A DNA stretch of 53,397 nucleotides from Myxococcales bacterium (GTDB lineage: Bacteria; Myxococcota_A; Polyangia; Polyangiales; Polyangiaceae), in the NCBI GenBank assembly GCA_043747615.1, contig JAYTOU010000062.1, positions 1 to 53,397 of the forward strand. Reading direction: 5' to 3'. Below, piece after piece: positions 1 to 10,732 of the stretch. The translations under genes were made by a program, and so were the position numbers. A model generated the notes under the pieces. That model had not been told where the DNA came from. It was given only the letters and a program-made list of their open reading frames with translations, and ran no database searches. Positions within the stretch are counted from its first letter, which is position 1. Every line of letters begins with the position of its first letter.

Positions 1-267
1 GCCTTCCTCGCCGTCATCCTCGTCAATCGATCATGGACCCGGTCCGCGCTGTCGATGCTACGTGTTCCGAATCCCGCCCTTCGCTGGGTGCTGCTCGGCA
101 CGTCTACTTTTCTCGCGCTGGCTCTTCTCGTCCCGTTTGGGCAACGCCTATTTCACTTTGGTTCGTTGCATGCGACCGAACTTCTCCTGAGCCTCGGCGT
201 CGGACTCGTCTGCGTGCTCTGGTTCGAGGGGGTCAAACGTTTCCGGCGACACGCGGGGACAAGATGA
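1..267 (+). CDS. C-terminal end of a cation-transporting P-type ATPase (partial, runs off window)
   Basis: Frame 1 open from base 1: ILVNRSWTRS..LRVPNPALRWV..LFHFGSL..LWFEGVK, typical cation_ATPase_C tail. Stop overlaps next ATG (ATGA). Confidence 0.75.
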   Translation, partial: AFLAVILVNRSWTRSALSMLRVPNPALRWVLLGTSTFLALALLVPFGQRLFHFGSLHATELLLSLGVGLVCVLWFEGVKRFRRHAGTR

Positions 268-1391
268 AGTCTCGTGGCCAGCCGACCGCACCACTGCTTG
301 TCAGGCCGATGAGTGCCGTCACGGCCGGTCTCTGTATTGCGGCTGCCCTGGTGCTGGTCCCCTTATGGGCCCCCCTCGTGCTCGCCGCGTGGTTTGCCGA
401 CCTGCTGCGGCCCGTGGTGCGGAACCTTGAACGAGTTGTTGGCGGCCGTAGGCGCGCGGCGGGCGCGCTCGTGGTGCTGGTGTTGGTGTGCGTCCTCCTT
501 CCGCTGGTCGGCATCGCCCTCGCGCTGGCGGCGACGACGCAGGATCTACTCCTTCAAGTACGTGCCGCTATCGAGGGTCACGGATCGCTCGCCAGCGCGC
601 TCCTCGGTGGAGGCAGCGTTGGCTCACGTCCGGAAATGCGCAACTGGGCGGAGCTCGCGAGCCGATATGGAGCGAACGCCTGGCGCGCGCTTTCCGTCGT
701 TGCCCAGGCGTCGGCGACCGCGGCGATCGCGGCTGTCGTCTTCGTTGCCGCCCTCTACACCTTCGTGGTCGACGGAGAACGCGCCTACGCGTGGTTCGAG
801 GAGCACGCGCCAATCCCGCCTGACGACCTCGCGCGATTCGCTGGAGCGTTCCGGGAGACAGGTCGGGGCCTGCTCGTTGCCGGAGGGGGAACGGCCCTGG
901 TTCAAGCCGCCCTCGCGACGATCGCCTACGTTGCCATCGAGATCCCCGGGGCAATCGCTCTCGGTTCTCTCACTGCTGTCTGCTCTGTCGTTCCCTTCGT
1001 GGGGACGGGGCTCGTATGGATTCCCCTCGCCATCCAGCTTGGGGCGACCGGGCAATACTGGCGTGCCGCCGTGGTCATCGCCATGGGCGCTGGCGTGCAC
1101 AGTCTCGTCGACAACTTCGTGAGGCCGATGCTCGCGCGCTCGGGGCACCTCCAGCTCCCGACGTTCGTCGTCCTCATCGCGATGCTCGGCGGGGCCGCCG
1201 CGTTCGGTGCGACCGGCGCGCTCCTCGGGCCGCTCGTCGTACGACTGTGCGTAGAAGCCCTGGCGATCGCTGCGGAGCGGCGGCACGAACGGCTCTCACC
1301 CCCGCTTGAGATCGCGGTCGATGATGCGTCCGTGGAGAGCGAAAGCAAGGCCGCAGCGCTCAAGCGCCAAGGAGCTCGACCTGCTGCGTAG
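264..1391 (+). CDS. AI-2E family transporter
   Basis: Multi-TM protein with VPFVGTGLVWIP, DNFVRP and FGATGALLGP motifs. Start chosen at the ATGA overlap. Confidence 0.85.
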   Translation: MKSRGQPTAPLLVRPMSAVTAGLCIAAALVLVPLWAPLVLAAWFADLLRPVVRNLERVVGGRRRAAGALVVLVLVCVLLPLVGIALALAATTQDLLLQVRAAIEGHGSLASALLGGGSVGSRPEMRNWAELASRYGANAWRALSVVAQASATAAIAAVVFVAALYTFVVDGERAYAWFEEHAPIPPDDLARFAGAFRETGRGLLVAGGGTALVQAALATIAYVAIEIPGAIALGSLTAVCSVVPFVGTGLVWIPLAIQLGATGQYWRAAVVIAMGAGVHSLVDNFVRPMLARSGHLQLPTFVVLIAMLGGAAAFGATGALLGPLVVRLCVEALAIAAERRHERLSPPLEIAVDDASVESESKAAALKRQGARPAA

Positions 1392-1433
1392 GGCATCACT
1401 CGCCGATGGCGAACGCCCCCGCAGTCGGTGCCG

Positions 1434-2300
1434 TCACGGACGCACCTCGCGCACCCAGAGGTTGCGATGATCACGGAAGTAGTCCTCGAGCGACCTGGGC
1501 CGATGACCCAAGAGACGCTCGAGCGTCGGGTCGACGCGTTCGGCTTGACCGAAGCGAAGCCCCACGTGAAGCACGGTCTGCACGCCCACCTGCGCCCATG
1601 GCATGCCGCGACGGCGAAGGTGGAGCACGTAGCCGACGATCGACGCAGCCTCGTAGCGAATGGGACGCCCGAGCACGTCGGAGAGCCTTGCAGCGGCGCT
1701 CGTGAAACCGACGGCTTCCGCCCCGGTCAGCGTGTAGGCGTGGAGATCGTGCGCGGTAGGGGACGCAAACGCAGCAGCAGCGACCTCCGCCACGTCACGC
1801 ACGTCGACGAACGTCACGCGCCCGCGGCCGGCGGGAACGTACACGCGATCGTGCTCGACGATGTCGCGTCGGTAGGCGTCGCCGAAGTTCTGCGCGAAGA
1901 ACCCAGGCCTCAGGATCGTCCAGCCCTCGCCTTTCCGCAGGTGCTCTTCGACCGCATGGTGAGGCACGAGCTTGTTCTTCTCAGCGCCAGCGACGGAGAG
2001 GAACACCACGTGCTTCACGCCGCGCCGCCGTGCCTCGTCGACGAAGGGCAGAAGGGTGTCGGCGACGTCAGCGATCGCGGGAGGACGCATGAGAAAGAGC
2101 GCGTCCGTACCGGCAGCGCACGCGAACGTTGAGCGGTCGCGGTAGTCGAGTCGCACGACGTCGACCTCATTCCCGAGAACTGCGCGTGCGCGCGATTCGT
2201 CGCGATCGGCAGCGCGCACAATGAGCCCACGCGCGCGAGCGGCACGCACGATCTCACGACCCACGTTTCCAGTAGCCCCCGTGACGAGCACCGTGCTCAT
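1434..2300 (-). CDS. NmrA-like NAD(P)-binding atypical SDR
   Basis: VLVTGATGNVG, WTILRPGFFAQN, FVDVRDVAEVAA; GGAG upstream of ATG 2300. Confidence 0.85.
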   Translation of the reverse strand: MSTVLVTGATGNVGREIVRAARARGLIVRAADRDESRARAVLGNEVDVVRLDYRDRSTFACAAGTDALFLMRPPAIADVADTLLPFVDEARRRGVKHVVFLSVAGAEKNKLVPHHAVEEHLRKGEGWTILRPGFFAQNFGDAYRRDIVEHDRVYVPAGRGRVTFVDVRDVAEVAAAAFASPTAHDLHAYTLTGAEAVGFTSAAARLSDVLGRPIRYEAASIVGYVLHLRRRGMPWAQVGVQTVLHVGLRFGQAERVDPTLERLLGHRPRSLEDYFRDHRNLWVREVRP

Positions 2301-2434
2301 GATGTTCTCCGCCCGCGCTGGCTTCCGAGGCGCGATGACCAGCGATACCGCACGCACCGACCGTGCGCGAGGAAGACGTCGCGGCTCATCCGCGCAAGCG
2401 TCGCCATTCGGCCATGAGCGACGGTCGTGGTTAC

Positions 2435-2450
2435 CGGCATGTGGGTTGCA
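2435..2450 (+). promoter_or_regulatory. sigma54 -24/-12 promoter
   Basis: CGGCATGTGGGTTGCA (GG-N10-GC); ATG 14 nt after the -12 C. Confidence 0.7.
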
Positions 2451-2462
2451 GCTCTCGTGGCC

Positions 2463-2786
2463 ATGGACACACGCCACGCGCCACACCACCATGTTCGGCG
2501 ACACCAGGGCACAGCCGAAAAGAGCTACCCGGCCGACGAGCAGCATTTTTATCACGAAGTCGCCGTCGCTCTCCGCGGGACCGACGAAATCCTGGTGGTC
2601 GGACCCTCGACGGCGAAGCTCGGTTTAATCAAGCACCTGCACAAGCGGGAGTCCGAGCTCGAGCCGAGGATCGTCGGCGTGGAGACGGTCGATCACCCCA
2701 CGGACGGGCAGCTCGTCGCGTTCATGCGCCGCTACTTTTATGCCATCGAACGCACGGCATCGCGCCCTGCGAGCGTTCGCCAATGA
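2463..2786 (+). CDS. small aeRF1/baeRF-related ('translational machinery') protein
   Basis: FYHEVAVAL..EILVVGPSTAK..IVGVETVDHPTDGQLVA resembles the eRF1 domain-2-like family; N-terminus looks shorter than usual. Confidence 0.65.
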   Translation: MDTRHAPHHHVRRHQGTAEKSYPADEQHFYHEVAVALRGTDEILVVGPSTAKLGLIKHLHKRESELEPRIVGVETVDHPTDGQLVAFMRRYFYAIERTASRPASVRQ

Positions 2787-3271
2787 ACGCCTTCAAGCAC
2801 ATTCTCGTTGCGACCGATTTCGGCGAAGCCTCTGAGCGGGCACTCGACGTAGCCGTGACCATGGCCGAAAAGTTCGGCGCGCAGCTCACGTTGCTCCACG
2901 CAAGCTGGATCCCACCTGTCTACGACGCCTACGGCCAGGGGTTCGACTGGCACACAGACGAGATGACGAGCGCCGCAAAGAAAGAGTTGGCCGCGACGAT
3001 CGTGAAGGCGAAGGAACGGTACCCGACGGCCGATGGCCTCGTCGTGACCGCTGAGCCGTGGGATGCGATCCTCAGGATCGCGAAGGCGCGCGGCGCAGAC
3101 CTGATCGTCATGGGGACTCACGGTCGTCGTGGTCTGTCGCGCGTGTTCCTTGGAAGCGTGGCCGAGAAGGTCGTACGCCTTTCCCCCATCCCCGTTCTGA
3201 CGGTTTCGGGCAAGGCGGATCAAGAGTCGAAGGAGACCAGCCTCGCCGCGGCGAGCACCGGGACCGTGTGA
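2783..3271 (+). CDS. universal stress protein (Usp)
   Basis: HILVATDFG, DLIVMGTHGRRG, LGSVAEKVVR; ATGA coupling to upstream gene. Confidence 0.93.
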   Translation: MNAFKHILVATDFGEASERALDVAVTMAEKFGAQLTLLHASWIPPVYDAYGQGFDWHTDEMTSAAKKELAATIVKAKERYPTADGLVVTAEPWDAILRIAKARGADLIVMGTHGRRGLSRVFLGSVAEKVVRLSPIPVLTVSGKADQESKETSLAAASTGTV

Positions 3272-3482
3272 TGACTCTTGCCGAGCGCCGCTCCACACGT
3301 TGTCGCAGGACGGACGCGCGTTGGTCGAGAGGCAGTAGGCAGCGATCCATGCTGCGCTCGACGAGGCACTACGTCAGCTCACCATCGTCTATTTAATCCG
3401 ATTGGGACCCTAACGATTGCGCCCGAGTGCAAGCCTTGCACGCGGCTCGGCCCGGTTCACTCGAGGACCGCGCATGCGGCCT

Positions 3483-3498
3483 TGGCCCTGGGTTTGCT
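3483..3498 (+). promoter_or_regulatory. sigma54 -24/-12 promoter
   Basis: TGGCCCTGGGTTTGCT. Confidence 0.55.
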
Positions 3499-3520
3499 TA
3501 GCACCGCTCAAGGTGAGCGG

Positions 3521-3694
3521 ATGTGCATGACTCGCGATGGCCTCGTGAAGCTTCAGTGCGCGCTCATTCGTTCGCTCAGCGACGAAGTAGATCGGTGTTC
3601 GCCATCAGACGATCGCACCGCCGCCCTCCGCGAACAGATTCGAGAAGAGGAAGCGCGTCTCGCAGAGCTAGCGGACGACCCCGCGGCAACGTGA
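3521..3694 (+). CDS. small hypothetical coiled-coil protein (57 aa)
   Basis: Short helical ORF (ALREQIREEEARLAEL) directly after a sigma54 box. Confidence 0.4.
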   Translation: MCMTRDGLVKLQCALIRSLSDEVDRCSPSDDRTAALREQIREEEARLAELADDPAAT

Positions 3695-3828
3695 GCTCTG
3701 AATGGAAGACCCACGGAGCGTGATGAGTCGCTCCGAGCGCACGATCTCGAAGACAGGGCAGCAGGCGATCGGCACAATCATCTGTGGCCCCATCGGGCAG
3801 CTTCCGAGTATTGAGCTGAAGGATCACG

Positions 3829-4965
3829 ATGTCGCCAAGCACCAAACAGCTCAGCGCGACGATCCTCGTCGTCGACGACAACGAGGTCAACCGCGCTCTT
3901 GCCCGAAGTACCCTCGAAGACGAGGGCTACCGCGTCGTCCTAGCGAGCGGCGGTGCGGAAGGGATCGCCGCCTTCGCGAAGGAGCGCCCGGATTGCGTTC
4001 TTCTCGACGTCCGCATGCCTGAGGTTGACGGCTTCATGGTGTGCGAGCGGATCCGCGCGCTTCCCGGGGGTGCGGAGACACCTGTCCTCTTCCTGACTGC
4101 TCTGCGCGACGTCGACACCTTCGACCGCGCCCTTCGCGCCGGTGGAGACGACTTTCTCACGAAGCCCGTTCGTCCCACCGAGCTCGTGATCCGCGTGCTG
4201 TGCGCACTGAAGCTGCAACGCATGAAGGTCGAGCTCCGAGGGCACTACGAGCTTCTCAAGCACCAGCGCGATGATCTCCTTCGCCTCCAGCTGCAGAAGG
4301 AGCGCCTGACGGCGTTCGTCGTTCATGATCTCAAGAACCCCGTGAACTCGATGGACCTGCACGCGCAGTTCCTCCTCCGAGACCGCACTCTGTCGGACAG
4401 CGCGCGGGAGTCGGTAACCCAGATCCGCTCCCAGGCGCGGCAGCTCACGCGGATGATTCTGAACCTTCTCGACGTCAGCAAGGCCGACGAGGGGCAGCTC
4501 GCTCCGAAAGGCTCCGACCTCGATCTCCGCGCACTGGTCGACGAGGTCATCTCGGAGCTCGGGGTCAATGCCGAGAGTCGCAAGGTGGGCCTTCGAGCCG
4601 TTCTCGAGACGGACCGGGTCCACGCCGACGAGGATCTCTTCCGCCGAACGCTGACCAACCTGGTCGAAAACGCGATTCGCTACGCGCCGGCGGAATCGGC
4701 GATCACGGTGACGGCGGTCCGGCTCGATCGAGACACGGAGATTCGTGTTGCCGATGAAGGGAGCGGCATCCCGCCGGAGATGCGCGAGAACGTCTTCAGT
4801 CCGTTCGTGCAAGTGGAGTCAGGCGAGCGCGTCGTTGCACATGGAAGTCGGGGGCTCGGACTTACGTTCTGCAAGCTCGTCATCGAAGCGCATCGCGGAA
4901 GGATTTGGGTCGAGGACGCCGCGCCGGGTGCTATTTTTTGCGTGAGGCTTCCCCATGGCTCCTGA
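3829..4965 (+). CDS. hybrid REC-HisKA-HATPase kinase
   Basis: ILVVDD/LLDVRMP/KP receiver; VHDLKNP H-box; N, G1 and G2 boxes (ENAIRY, DEGSGI, GLGL). Confidence 0.92.
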   Translation: MSPSTKQLSATILVVDDNEVNRALARSTLEDEGYRVVLASGGAEGIAAFAKERPDCVLLDVRMPEVDGFMVCERIRALPGGAETPVLFLTALRDVDTFDRALRAGGDDFLTKPVRPTELVIRVLCALKLQRMKVELRGHYELLKHQRDDLLRLQLQKERLTAFVVHDLKNPVNSMDLHAQFLLRDRTLSDSARESVTQIRSQARQLTRMILNLLDVSKADEGQLAPKGSDLDLRALVDEVISELGVNAESRKVGLRAVLETDRVHADEDLFRRTLTNLVENAIRYAPAESAITVTAVRLDRDTEIRVADEGSGIPPEMRENVFSPFVQVESGERVVAHGSRGLGLTFCKLVIEAHRGRIWVEDAAPGAIFCVRLPHGS

Positions 4966-6889
4966 ATATTCGGCAGAACACTACCGCCAGCTGCTCGACA
5001 CCGCGCCGGACGCCATGGTCGTCGTCGACTCCGACGGCAGGATCAATCTCGTCAACGTCCAGACCGAGAAATTGTTCGCCTACCCGCGCTCGGAGCTCGT
5101 CGGCCAACATCTCGAAATGCTGATTCCCGAACGCTTTCGAAAAGGGTTCGGAGGACATCTTGGGCGCTTTTTCGCGAATCCTGGCGCGCGCCCCATGGGA
5201 TCGGGGGTGGAGCTCTTTGGCCGTCGCAAAGACGGGACGGAGCTTGCGATCGAAGTGAGCCTCAGCCCTCTTCGCACGGAGGACGGAGTGACGGTCTCGG
5301 CGGCGATCCGCGACATCAGCGAACGCAAGCGAATGGAGGCGACTTCCAAGGTCCTTGCCGATCGTCTCGGGAGCGCGGTCGAGAGCATCCAGGACGCCTT
5401 TGCGCTCTTCGACGCCGACGATCGGCTGGTGCTCTGCAACAGCGTGTATCGCCGACTGATTGGAGAATCTCTCCCAGGACCTCTCGTCGGTAGGTCGTAC
5501 AAAGCGCTGCTCGCTGCGTGGATCAGCGACATCGCGTTTCCGGACGAAACCGAGCGCGCGCGCTTCCACGGAGAGCGATTGGCCCGGCGCGGTCACGACC
5601 ACACCGCGACCTTCGATGTCCGGATGCGCGACGGACGCAGCTTGCGCGTGATCGATCGACGCACCGCAGAAGGCGGGACCGTCAAGACGATCTGGGACCT
5701 GACGGACGACGTCCGCATCGCCGAGGAGCTGAGTGAGGCGCGCGCGACCGCCGACGCAGCGAGCGGCGCGAAGAGCGATTTCCTCTCATCGATGAGTCAC
5801 GAGCTTCGCACGCCGATGAATGCGATCCTCGGCTTCGCGCAGCTGCTCCAACGAGACAAGAAGGAGCCGCTCTCGGACCGTCACAAGGAGCGCGTCGGTC
5901 AGATTCTCAAGGGGGGCGAGCACCTTCTCCGCCTCATCGACGACATCCTGGACTTGTCGCGCATCGAGGCCGGAGGCGTATCGATATCGCCGGAGCCGGT
6001 GGGCGTGATGGAGGTTCTCGAAGAGCTGAGGATGACGCTCAAACCGATCGCCGCACGCCAAGGGATTTGCGTGGAAATCGTGCCCGCAGAGGTTCCGATG
6101 GTAGCGGCCGATCGTTTGAGGCTCGTACAGATCCTGATGAACCTCGGATCGAACGCGATCAAGTACAACAGGCCGTCCGGCAAAGTAACGTTTTGCGCGT
6201 CGACACCGAGGCCTGGGCACGTACGCATCACGGTCAATGACACCGGCATGGGGATCCCTGCGGACAAGCAAGACAAGCTCTTCCAGCCTTTCCAGAGGGC
6301 CGGACAAGAGACGGGACCGATTGAAGGGACAGGCATCGGGCTGGTGATCACCAAGCGGCTCGCCGAGTTGATGCATGGCGACGTTGGCTTCAAGAGCGTC
6401 GCGGGCCGGGGCTCTGACTTTTGGGTCGAGATACCCACTCACGATGCGGGCGTAGAAGCGATTGTGCCCAAGGCGATTCGCGGGTCCGAGCCGGGGGGTG
6501 TCACCGGAGGGCAACGTAGCCTCGTCCTCTACGTCGAGGACAACCCAGCCAACGTGACGTTCATGAAGGATCTCGTCAGCACGGTCGAGAACATCGACCT
6601 CCTCACCGCGCCCACGGCCGAAATGGGGGTCGAGCTTGCGCGTCAGCGCCGCCCGAAGGTCATCATCATGGACATCAATCTACCCGGGATGAGCGGGCTC
6701 GACGCGCTTCGCCTCCTTCGGGCGATGACCGAGACGAAAGATATTCCGGTGATCGCGCTGACCGCAGCCGCCTCTGAACGCGACAAGCAGCGGGGAATGG
6801 AGGCCGGGTTCTATCGTTACCTGACGAAACCCGTGAGGGTCGACGAGTTCATCGCCGCCCTCGAAGAGCTCTTCGTCACTGCGGAGTGA
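4955..6889 (+). CDS. PAS-PAS-HisKA-HATPase-REC hybrid sensor kinase
   Basis: PAS ([13 protein letters not shown]), [22 protein letters not shown]-terminal receiver (VEDN, MDINLP, KP). Confidence 0.93.
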   Translation: MAPEYSAEHYRQLLDTAPDAMVVVDSDGRINLVNVQTEKLFAYPRSELVGQHLEMLIPERFRKGFGGHLGRFFANPGARPMGSGVELFGRRKDGTELAIEVSLSPLRTEDGVTVSAAIRDISERKRMEATSKVLADRLGSAVESIQDAFALFDADDRLVLCNSVYRRLIGESLPGPLVGRSYKALLAAWISDIAFPDETERARFHGERLARRGHDHTATFDVRMRDGRSLRVIDRRTAEGGTVKTIWDLTDDVRIAEELSEARATADAASGAKSDFLSSMSHELRTPMNAILGFAQLLQRDKKEPLSDRHKERVGQILKGGEHLLRLIDDILDLSRIEAGGVSISPEPVGVMEVLEELRMTLKPIAARQGICVEIVPAEVPMVAADRLRLVQILMNLGSNAIKYNRPSGKVTFCASTPRPGHVRITVNDTGMGIPADKQDKLFQPFQRAGQETGPIEGTGIGLVITKRLAELMHGDVGFKSVAGRGSDFWVEIPTHDAGVEAIVPKAIRGSEPGGVTGGQRSLVLYVEDNPANVTFMKDLVSTVENIDLLTAPTAEMGVELARQRRPKVIIMDINLPGMSGLDALRLLRAMTETKDIPVIALTAAASERDKQRGMEAGFYRYLTKPVRVDEFIAALEELFVTAE

Positions 6890-7337
6890 CCCGAATGTGG
6901 AGGGCCGTGGTGACCGCCGCGCGCTGCTGCTCGTCGAGATTCGCGTCTGACCACTGGTACAACATGCGGTCCTCGTTCTTGGCGTGCGCGCGTAGCTCGT
7001 CGATGAAGTCGCGTGCGACGGTGAGGCGGACGATGTGCAAATCGATGCCGACGCCGAGCTCTTCGAGCCGAGTGCGAATGTGCCGATGCTCCTGGATGAG
7101 AACGCGCGCATTGCGCTCCGACGCCTTCTGCAGCGCCGGGATCATGTGCTTCTCCTCCGCCTCGAGATGCGTGAGGAGGCCGGCCTCGAACGCGGTCCAG
7201 AGCTTGGCAATGTCTTCACGGTCATTGGCCTCGAAGGCTGCGAGGAGCCGCTCGAGAAGCGTTTCCAGCCTCCGGTGATCGGCAAGAAAGCGATCGCAAA
7301 TGCCCTCGCTCATGGCCGCTGTCGATTCCGCCTGCAT
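6876..7337 (-). CDS. hemerythrin/HHE cation-binding domain protein
   Basis: H..HxxxE..H..HxxxE pattern ([24 protein letters not shown]). Confidence 0.82.
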   Translation of the reverse strand: MQAESTAAMSEGICDRFLADHRRLETLLERLLAAFEANDREDIAKLWTAFEAGLLTHLEAEEKHMIPALQKASERNARVLIQEHRHIRTRLEELGVGIDLHIVRLTVARDFIDELRAHAKNEDRMLYQWSDANLDEQQRAAVTTALHIRVTPQ

Positions 7338-7349
7338 GAGCCGTGAATT

Positions 7350-7365
7350 AGCAATCATCGTGCCG
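7350..7365 (-). promoter_or_regulatory. sigma54 -24/-12 promoter
   Basis: Minus strand CGGCACGATGATTGCT; ATG 7337 is 14 nt after the -12 C. Confidence 0.8.
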
Positions 7366-7556
7366 AGACCCCGTAACTTCGTCTTTTCGAGAAGCTGGCC
7401 GGAACATGCATCACCGCCTCCTCCGAGCTCGAAGGGCCCAATGAGCAAAAGCGGTGTGGAAACGCAGAGCGCGCGGGGAGTGCGCAAGGACTGCACACCA
7501 ACGAGATTCTGGACGGAAGCCCACACGGTTAGTGCGCGCCCGGCGCGATTTGCGTT

Positions 7557-7572
7557 TGGCACGCGAGGTGCT
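7557..7572 (+). promoter_or_regulatory. sigma54 -24/-12 promoter
   Basis: TGGCACGCGAGGTGCT; ATG 7585 is 14 nt after the -12 C. Confidence 0.75.
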
Positions 7573-7584
7573 CAGGTCACAGGG

Positions 7585-7995
7585 ATGACGAAGCCGATCC
7601 CTACCATCCAGCACTACATGACGACCTCGCCCCACTCGATCGGCGTTGATCAGACGCTCGCGCATGCACACAACGTCATGCGCGAGCACAAGATCCGTCA
7701 CCTGCCCGTGCTCGCGGGAGGCGCGCTGGTGGGCATGGTGACGGAGCGCGACCTGCATCTCGTGGAGACCCTGCGCGACGTGGACCCGGAAACCGTCAAG
7801 GTGGAAGACGCGATGACCCCGAGCGTCTACTCGGTTTCGCCCGACGCGCCTCTCGACGAGGTCGTCTCCGCGATGGCGCAAAAGAAATACGGATCCGCGG
7901 TGGTCATGCAAAACAGAAAAGTGGTGGGCATCTTTACGACCGTCGATGTCTGCAAAGCCTTCGCAGAGCTTCTCCACTCGAGGCTCTCGAAGTAG
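7585..7995 (+). CDS. CBS-pair (Bateman) domain protein
   Basis: IRHLPVL..LVGMVTERDL, then VVGIFTTVD. Confidence 0.9.
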   Translation: MTKPIPTIQHYMTTSPHSIGVDQTLAHAHNVMREHKIRHLPVLAGGALVGMVTERDLHLVETLRDVDPETVKVEDAMTPSVYSVSPDAPLDEVVSAMAQKKYGSAVVMQNRKVVGIFTTVDVCKAFAELLHSRLSK

Positions 7996-8006
7996 CCGGG
8001 AAGATC

Positions 8007-10502
8007 GTGACATCGAGCGAACGATCGAGCGCCGGGCTCACCTCGGCGGAAGCAGCGCGACGGCTCGCCGAATACGGTCCTAACGACCCCGCGCCGAAGA
8101 AACGGCGCTCTTATATCGTCGAGCTGCTCCTTCAGTTTGCGAACCCACTCGTCGCCGTTCTCCTTTTCGCAAGCGTGGTGTCCGCTTTCGTCGGCGAGGT
8201 CGTCAACGCGACGATCATCATCGTGATCGTCTCGCTCAGCGTGACGGTCAACTTCGTGCAAACGTTCCGCTCACAAAAGGCGGCTGATCGCCTGAAGGTC
8301 ACCGTTGCAGCGATGGCCGCCGTCATGCGCGACGGGATCTTCCAAGAGCTTCCTCGCGCCGAGATCGTGCCGGGAGATGTCGTTCGCCTCTCGGCGGGCG
8401 ACCTCGTGCCTGCCGACGCGCGGCTTCTCGAGGCGCGCGACCTTCACGTTCAGCAATCGGCACTCACCGGCGAATCGATGCCCGTCGAAAAAGAGGCGAA
8501 AGCCGGTGACGAGTCGGAGGCGACAATGGTCCTCCTCGGTACGTCGGTCGTCAGCGGAACGGCTACCGCGGTGGTCCTCGCGACCGGCAAGAAGACCCAG
8601 TTCGGAGACATCGCGACCCGGCTGGCCACGCGATCGCCGGAGACCGAGTTCGATCGAGGAATAAAGCACTTTGGCCTTCTCATCATGAAGGCGGTGTTCG
8701 GCCTGGTGATGTTCATTCTCGTCGTGCGAATCGGAACGCATCGGAGCGCGTTTGAATCGCTCCTCTTTGCCGTCGCCCTCGCGGTCGGCCTCACACCCGA
8801 GTTCTTGCCGATGATCACTTCGGCGACCCTCGCCCGCGGGGCGGTGGCGATGGCCAAGCACAAGGTCATCGTGAAGCACCTCTCGGCGATCCAGAATCTC
8901 GGGAGCATCGACATTCTTTGCAGCGACAAAACGGGGACGCTCACCCGTGGTGTCATGACCGTCGAATCCTCGTGCGACGTGTTAGGCCGTCCGTCCGATC
9001 AGCCGCTCTTCTTCGCGCGGATCAACAGCAAGTTCGAGACCGGGATCCGAAGTCCCCTCGATGCGGCGATTCTCGAGACCGCGGAGCCTGCCGACTCGAG
9101 CGCTTACACCAAGCTCGACGAAATCCCTTTCGACTTCGAGAGGCGCCGGATGTCGATCGTCGTCGACAGGGCAGGGGGCGAGCGCGTGCTCGTTTCGAAG
9201 GGGGCGCCGGAGGGACTTCTCGTTTGCGCGACGAGGTACGTGGCCGACGGAGGAGCGATGCTGCCACTCACGGCGGATGCACGCTCCAAGTGCCGCGAGA
9301 CGTACGAGTCTCTGTCTTCGCGCGGATTTCGTGTCCTCGCCGTTGCCACGAGCACGGTGCCCACCAAGCCTGCGTATTCGGTGGCAGATGAGCGCGAGCT
9401 TCTTCTCGTAGGGTTTGTGGCCTTCGCCGATCCGCCCGTCGAAGACGCGAAAGAGGCAATTCTGTCTCTCAAACGCGACGGCGTGCAGGTGAAGATCCTT
9501 ACCGGGGACAACGAGCTCGTCACGCGTCACGTGTGCGCGGAGGTCGGGCTCGACGTGAAGAGAATGGTCCTCGGCAGCGACATCGAATCCATGAACGACA
9601 TGGCCCTCGCCCAAGTGGCCGAGCGGATGACGGTGTTCGCGCGGATGAGCCCAGCGCAGAAGAACCGGATCATTCTTGCGCTCAAGCATCGCAGCCACGT
9701 GGTCGGGTATCTCGGCGACGGGATCAACGACGCGCCATCTCTTCACGCGGCGGACGTGGGCATCTCCGTGGCCTCCGCGGTGGACGTCGCGCGCGACGCT
9801 GCGGACATCATTCTCCTCGAGCAGAGCCTACGCGTGCTTCATCGAGGGATCCTCGAAGGACGGAGGGCATTCGGAAACGTCACGAAGTACCTTCTGATGG
9901 GGACCAGCTCGAACTTCGGCAACATGTTCAGCATGGCGGGAGCCTCGATCTTTCTCCCGTTCTTGCCAATGCTTCCGACGCAGATCCTCCTCAACAATCT
10001 GCTCTACGATCTCGCGCAGGTGACCATCCCGACTGACAACGTAGATTCGGAAGTGCTCCGGAAGCCGCAGCGCTGGGACATCCGCACGATCCGCAATTTC
10101 ATGCTGATCATCGGTCCCATCAGCTCGCTCTACGATTTTCTGACCTTCTTCGTTCTTCTTCGCTTCTTCCACGCGGGCGAAGTGCTCTTTCACACCGGTT
10201 GGTTCGTGGAGTCGCTCGCCACCCAGAGCCTCGTGCTCTTCGTGATCCGCACCCCGAGAAGCCCGCTGGCGAGTCGGCCAAGCACGCCCCTCGCGCTGAC
10301 CACCGTCGCCATCGTCGCTCTCGGGGCGTACCTGCCCTATTCCCCGCTCGCCAAGGCGCTTGGGTTCGAGGCGCTGCCTGCCGGGTTCTTTCTCTTTCTC
10401 GTGGGGGCAACCATGACGTACCTCCTCCTCGTGGAGATCGCGAAGCGGTACCTGCTCGGGGGAACGCGCAAGTACCGACACCGCGTCCCCATCGCGACCT
10501 AA
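8007..10502 (+). CDS. mgtA: Mg2+-importing P-type ATPase (P3B)
   Basis: TGES, LTPEFLP, DKTGTLT, GDGIND, and the P3B-typical SSNFGNMFS and NNLLYD motifs. Confidence 0.9.
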   Translation: MTSSERSSAGLTSAEAARRLAEYGPNDPAPKKRRSYIVELLLQFANPLVAVLLFASVVSAFVGEVVNATIIIVIVSLSVTVNFVQTFRSQKAADRLKVTVAAMAAVMRDGIFQELPRAEIVPGDVVRLSAGDLVPADARLLEARDLHVQQSALTGESMPVEKEAKAGDESEATMVLLGTSVVSGTATAVVLATGKKTQFGDIATRLATRSPETEFDRGIKHFGLLIMKAVFGLVMFILVVRIGTHRSAFESLLFAVALAVGLTPEFLPMITSATLARGAVAMAKHKVIVKHLSAIQNLGSIDILCSDKTGTLTRGVMTVESSCDVLGRPSDQPLFFARINSKFETGIRSPLDAAILETAEPADSSAYTKLDEIPFDFERRRMSIVVDRAGGERVLVSKGAPEGLLVCATRYVADGGAMLPLTADARSKCRETYESLSSRGFRVLAVATSTVPTKPAYSVADERELLLVGFVAFADPPVEDAKEAILSLKRDGVQVKILTGDNELVTRHVCAEVGLDVKRMVLGSDIESMNDMALAQVAERMTVFARMSPAQKNRIILALKHRSHVVGYLGDGINDAPSLHAADVGISVASAVDVARDAADIILLEQSLRVLHRGILEGRRAFGNVTKYLLMGTSSNFGNMFSMAGASIFLPFLPMLPTQILLNNLLYDLAQVTIPTDNVDSEVLRKPQRWDIRTIRNFMLIIGPISSLYDFLTFFVLLRFFHAGEVLFHTGWFVESLATQSLVLFVIRTPRSPLASRPSTPLALTTVAIVALGAYLPYSPLAKALGFEALPAGFFLFLVGATMTYLLLVEIAKRYLLGGTRKYRHRVPIAT

Positions 10503-10732
10503 CCCGTACCGGCGAAGCCTTACAGAGGAGACCTAGCGCAATGAGCATCGATGGCTTCCGACCCGCGCACAGGGGGTCGGTCGTGTCGTTCTCGCTCCGC
10601 GTTGTTCTCCAGTCGACCCTCCGCCGTCCTTGTGATCTCCGTCGATCGAAAATCGCTCTCTTTTGCGTCGCTCTGTTCGCGATTCACGCTTCGAATTTTC
10701 GAGAGTGTGTTTTGTTCTTCTTGTTTCTATTT

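Noticed and set aside
3770..3785. sigma54 box upstream of the REC-kinase (CGGCACAATCATCTGT)
   Set aside because: Good -24 element but no GC at -12 with 10-nt spacing.
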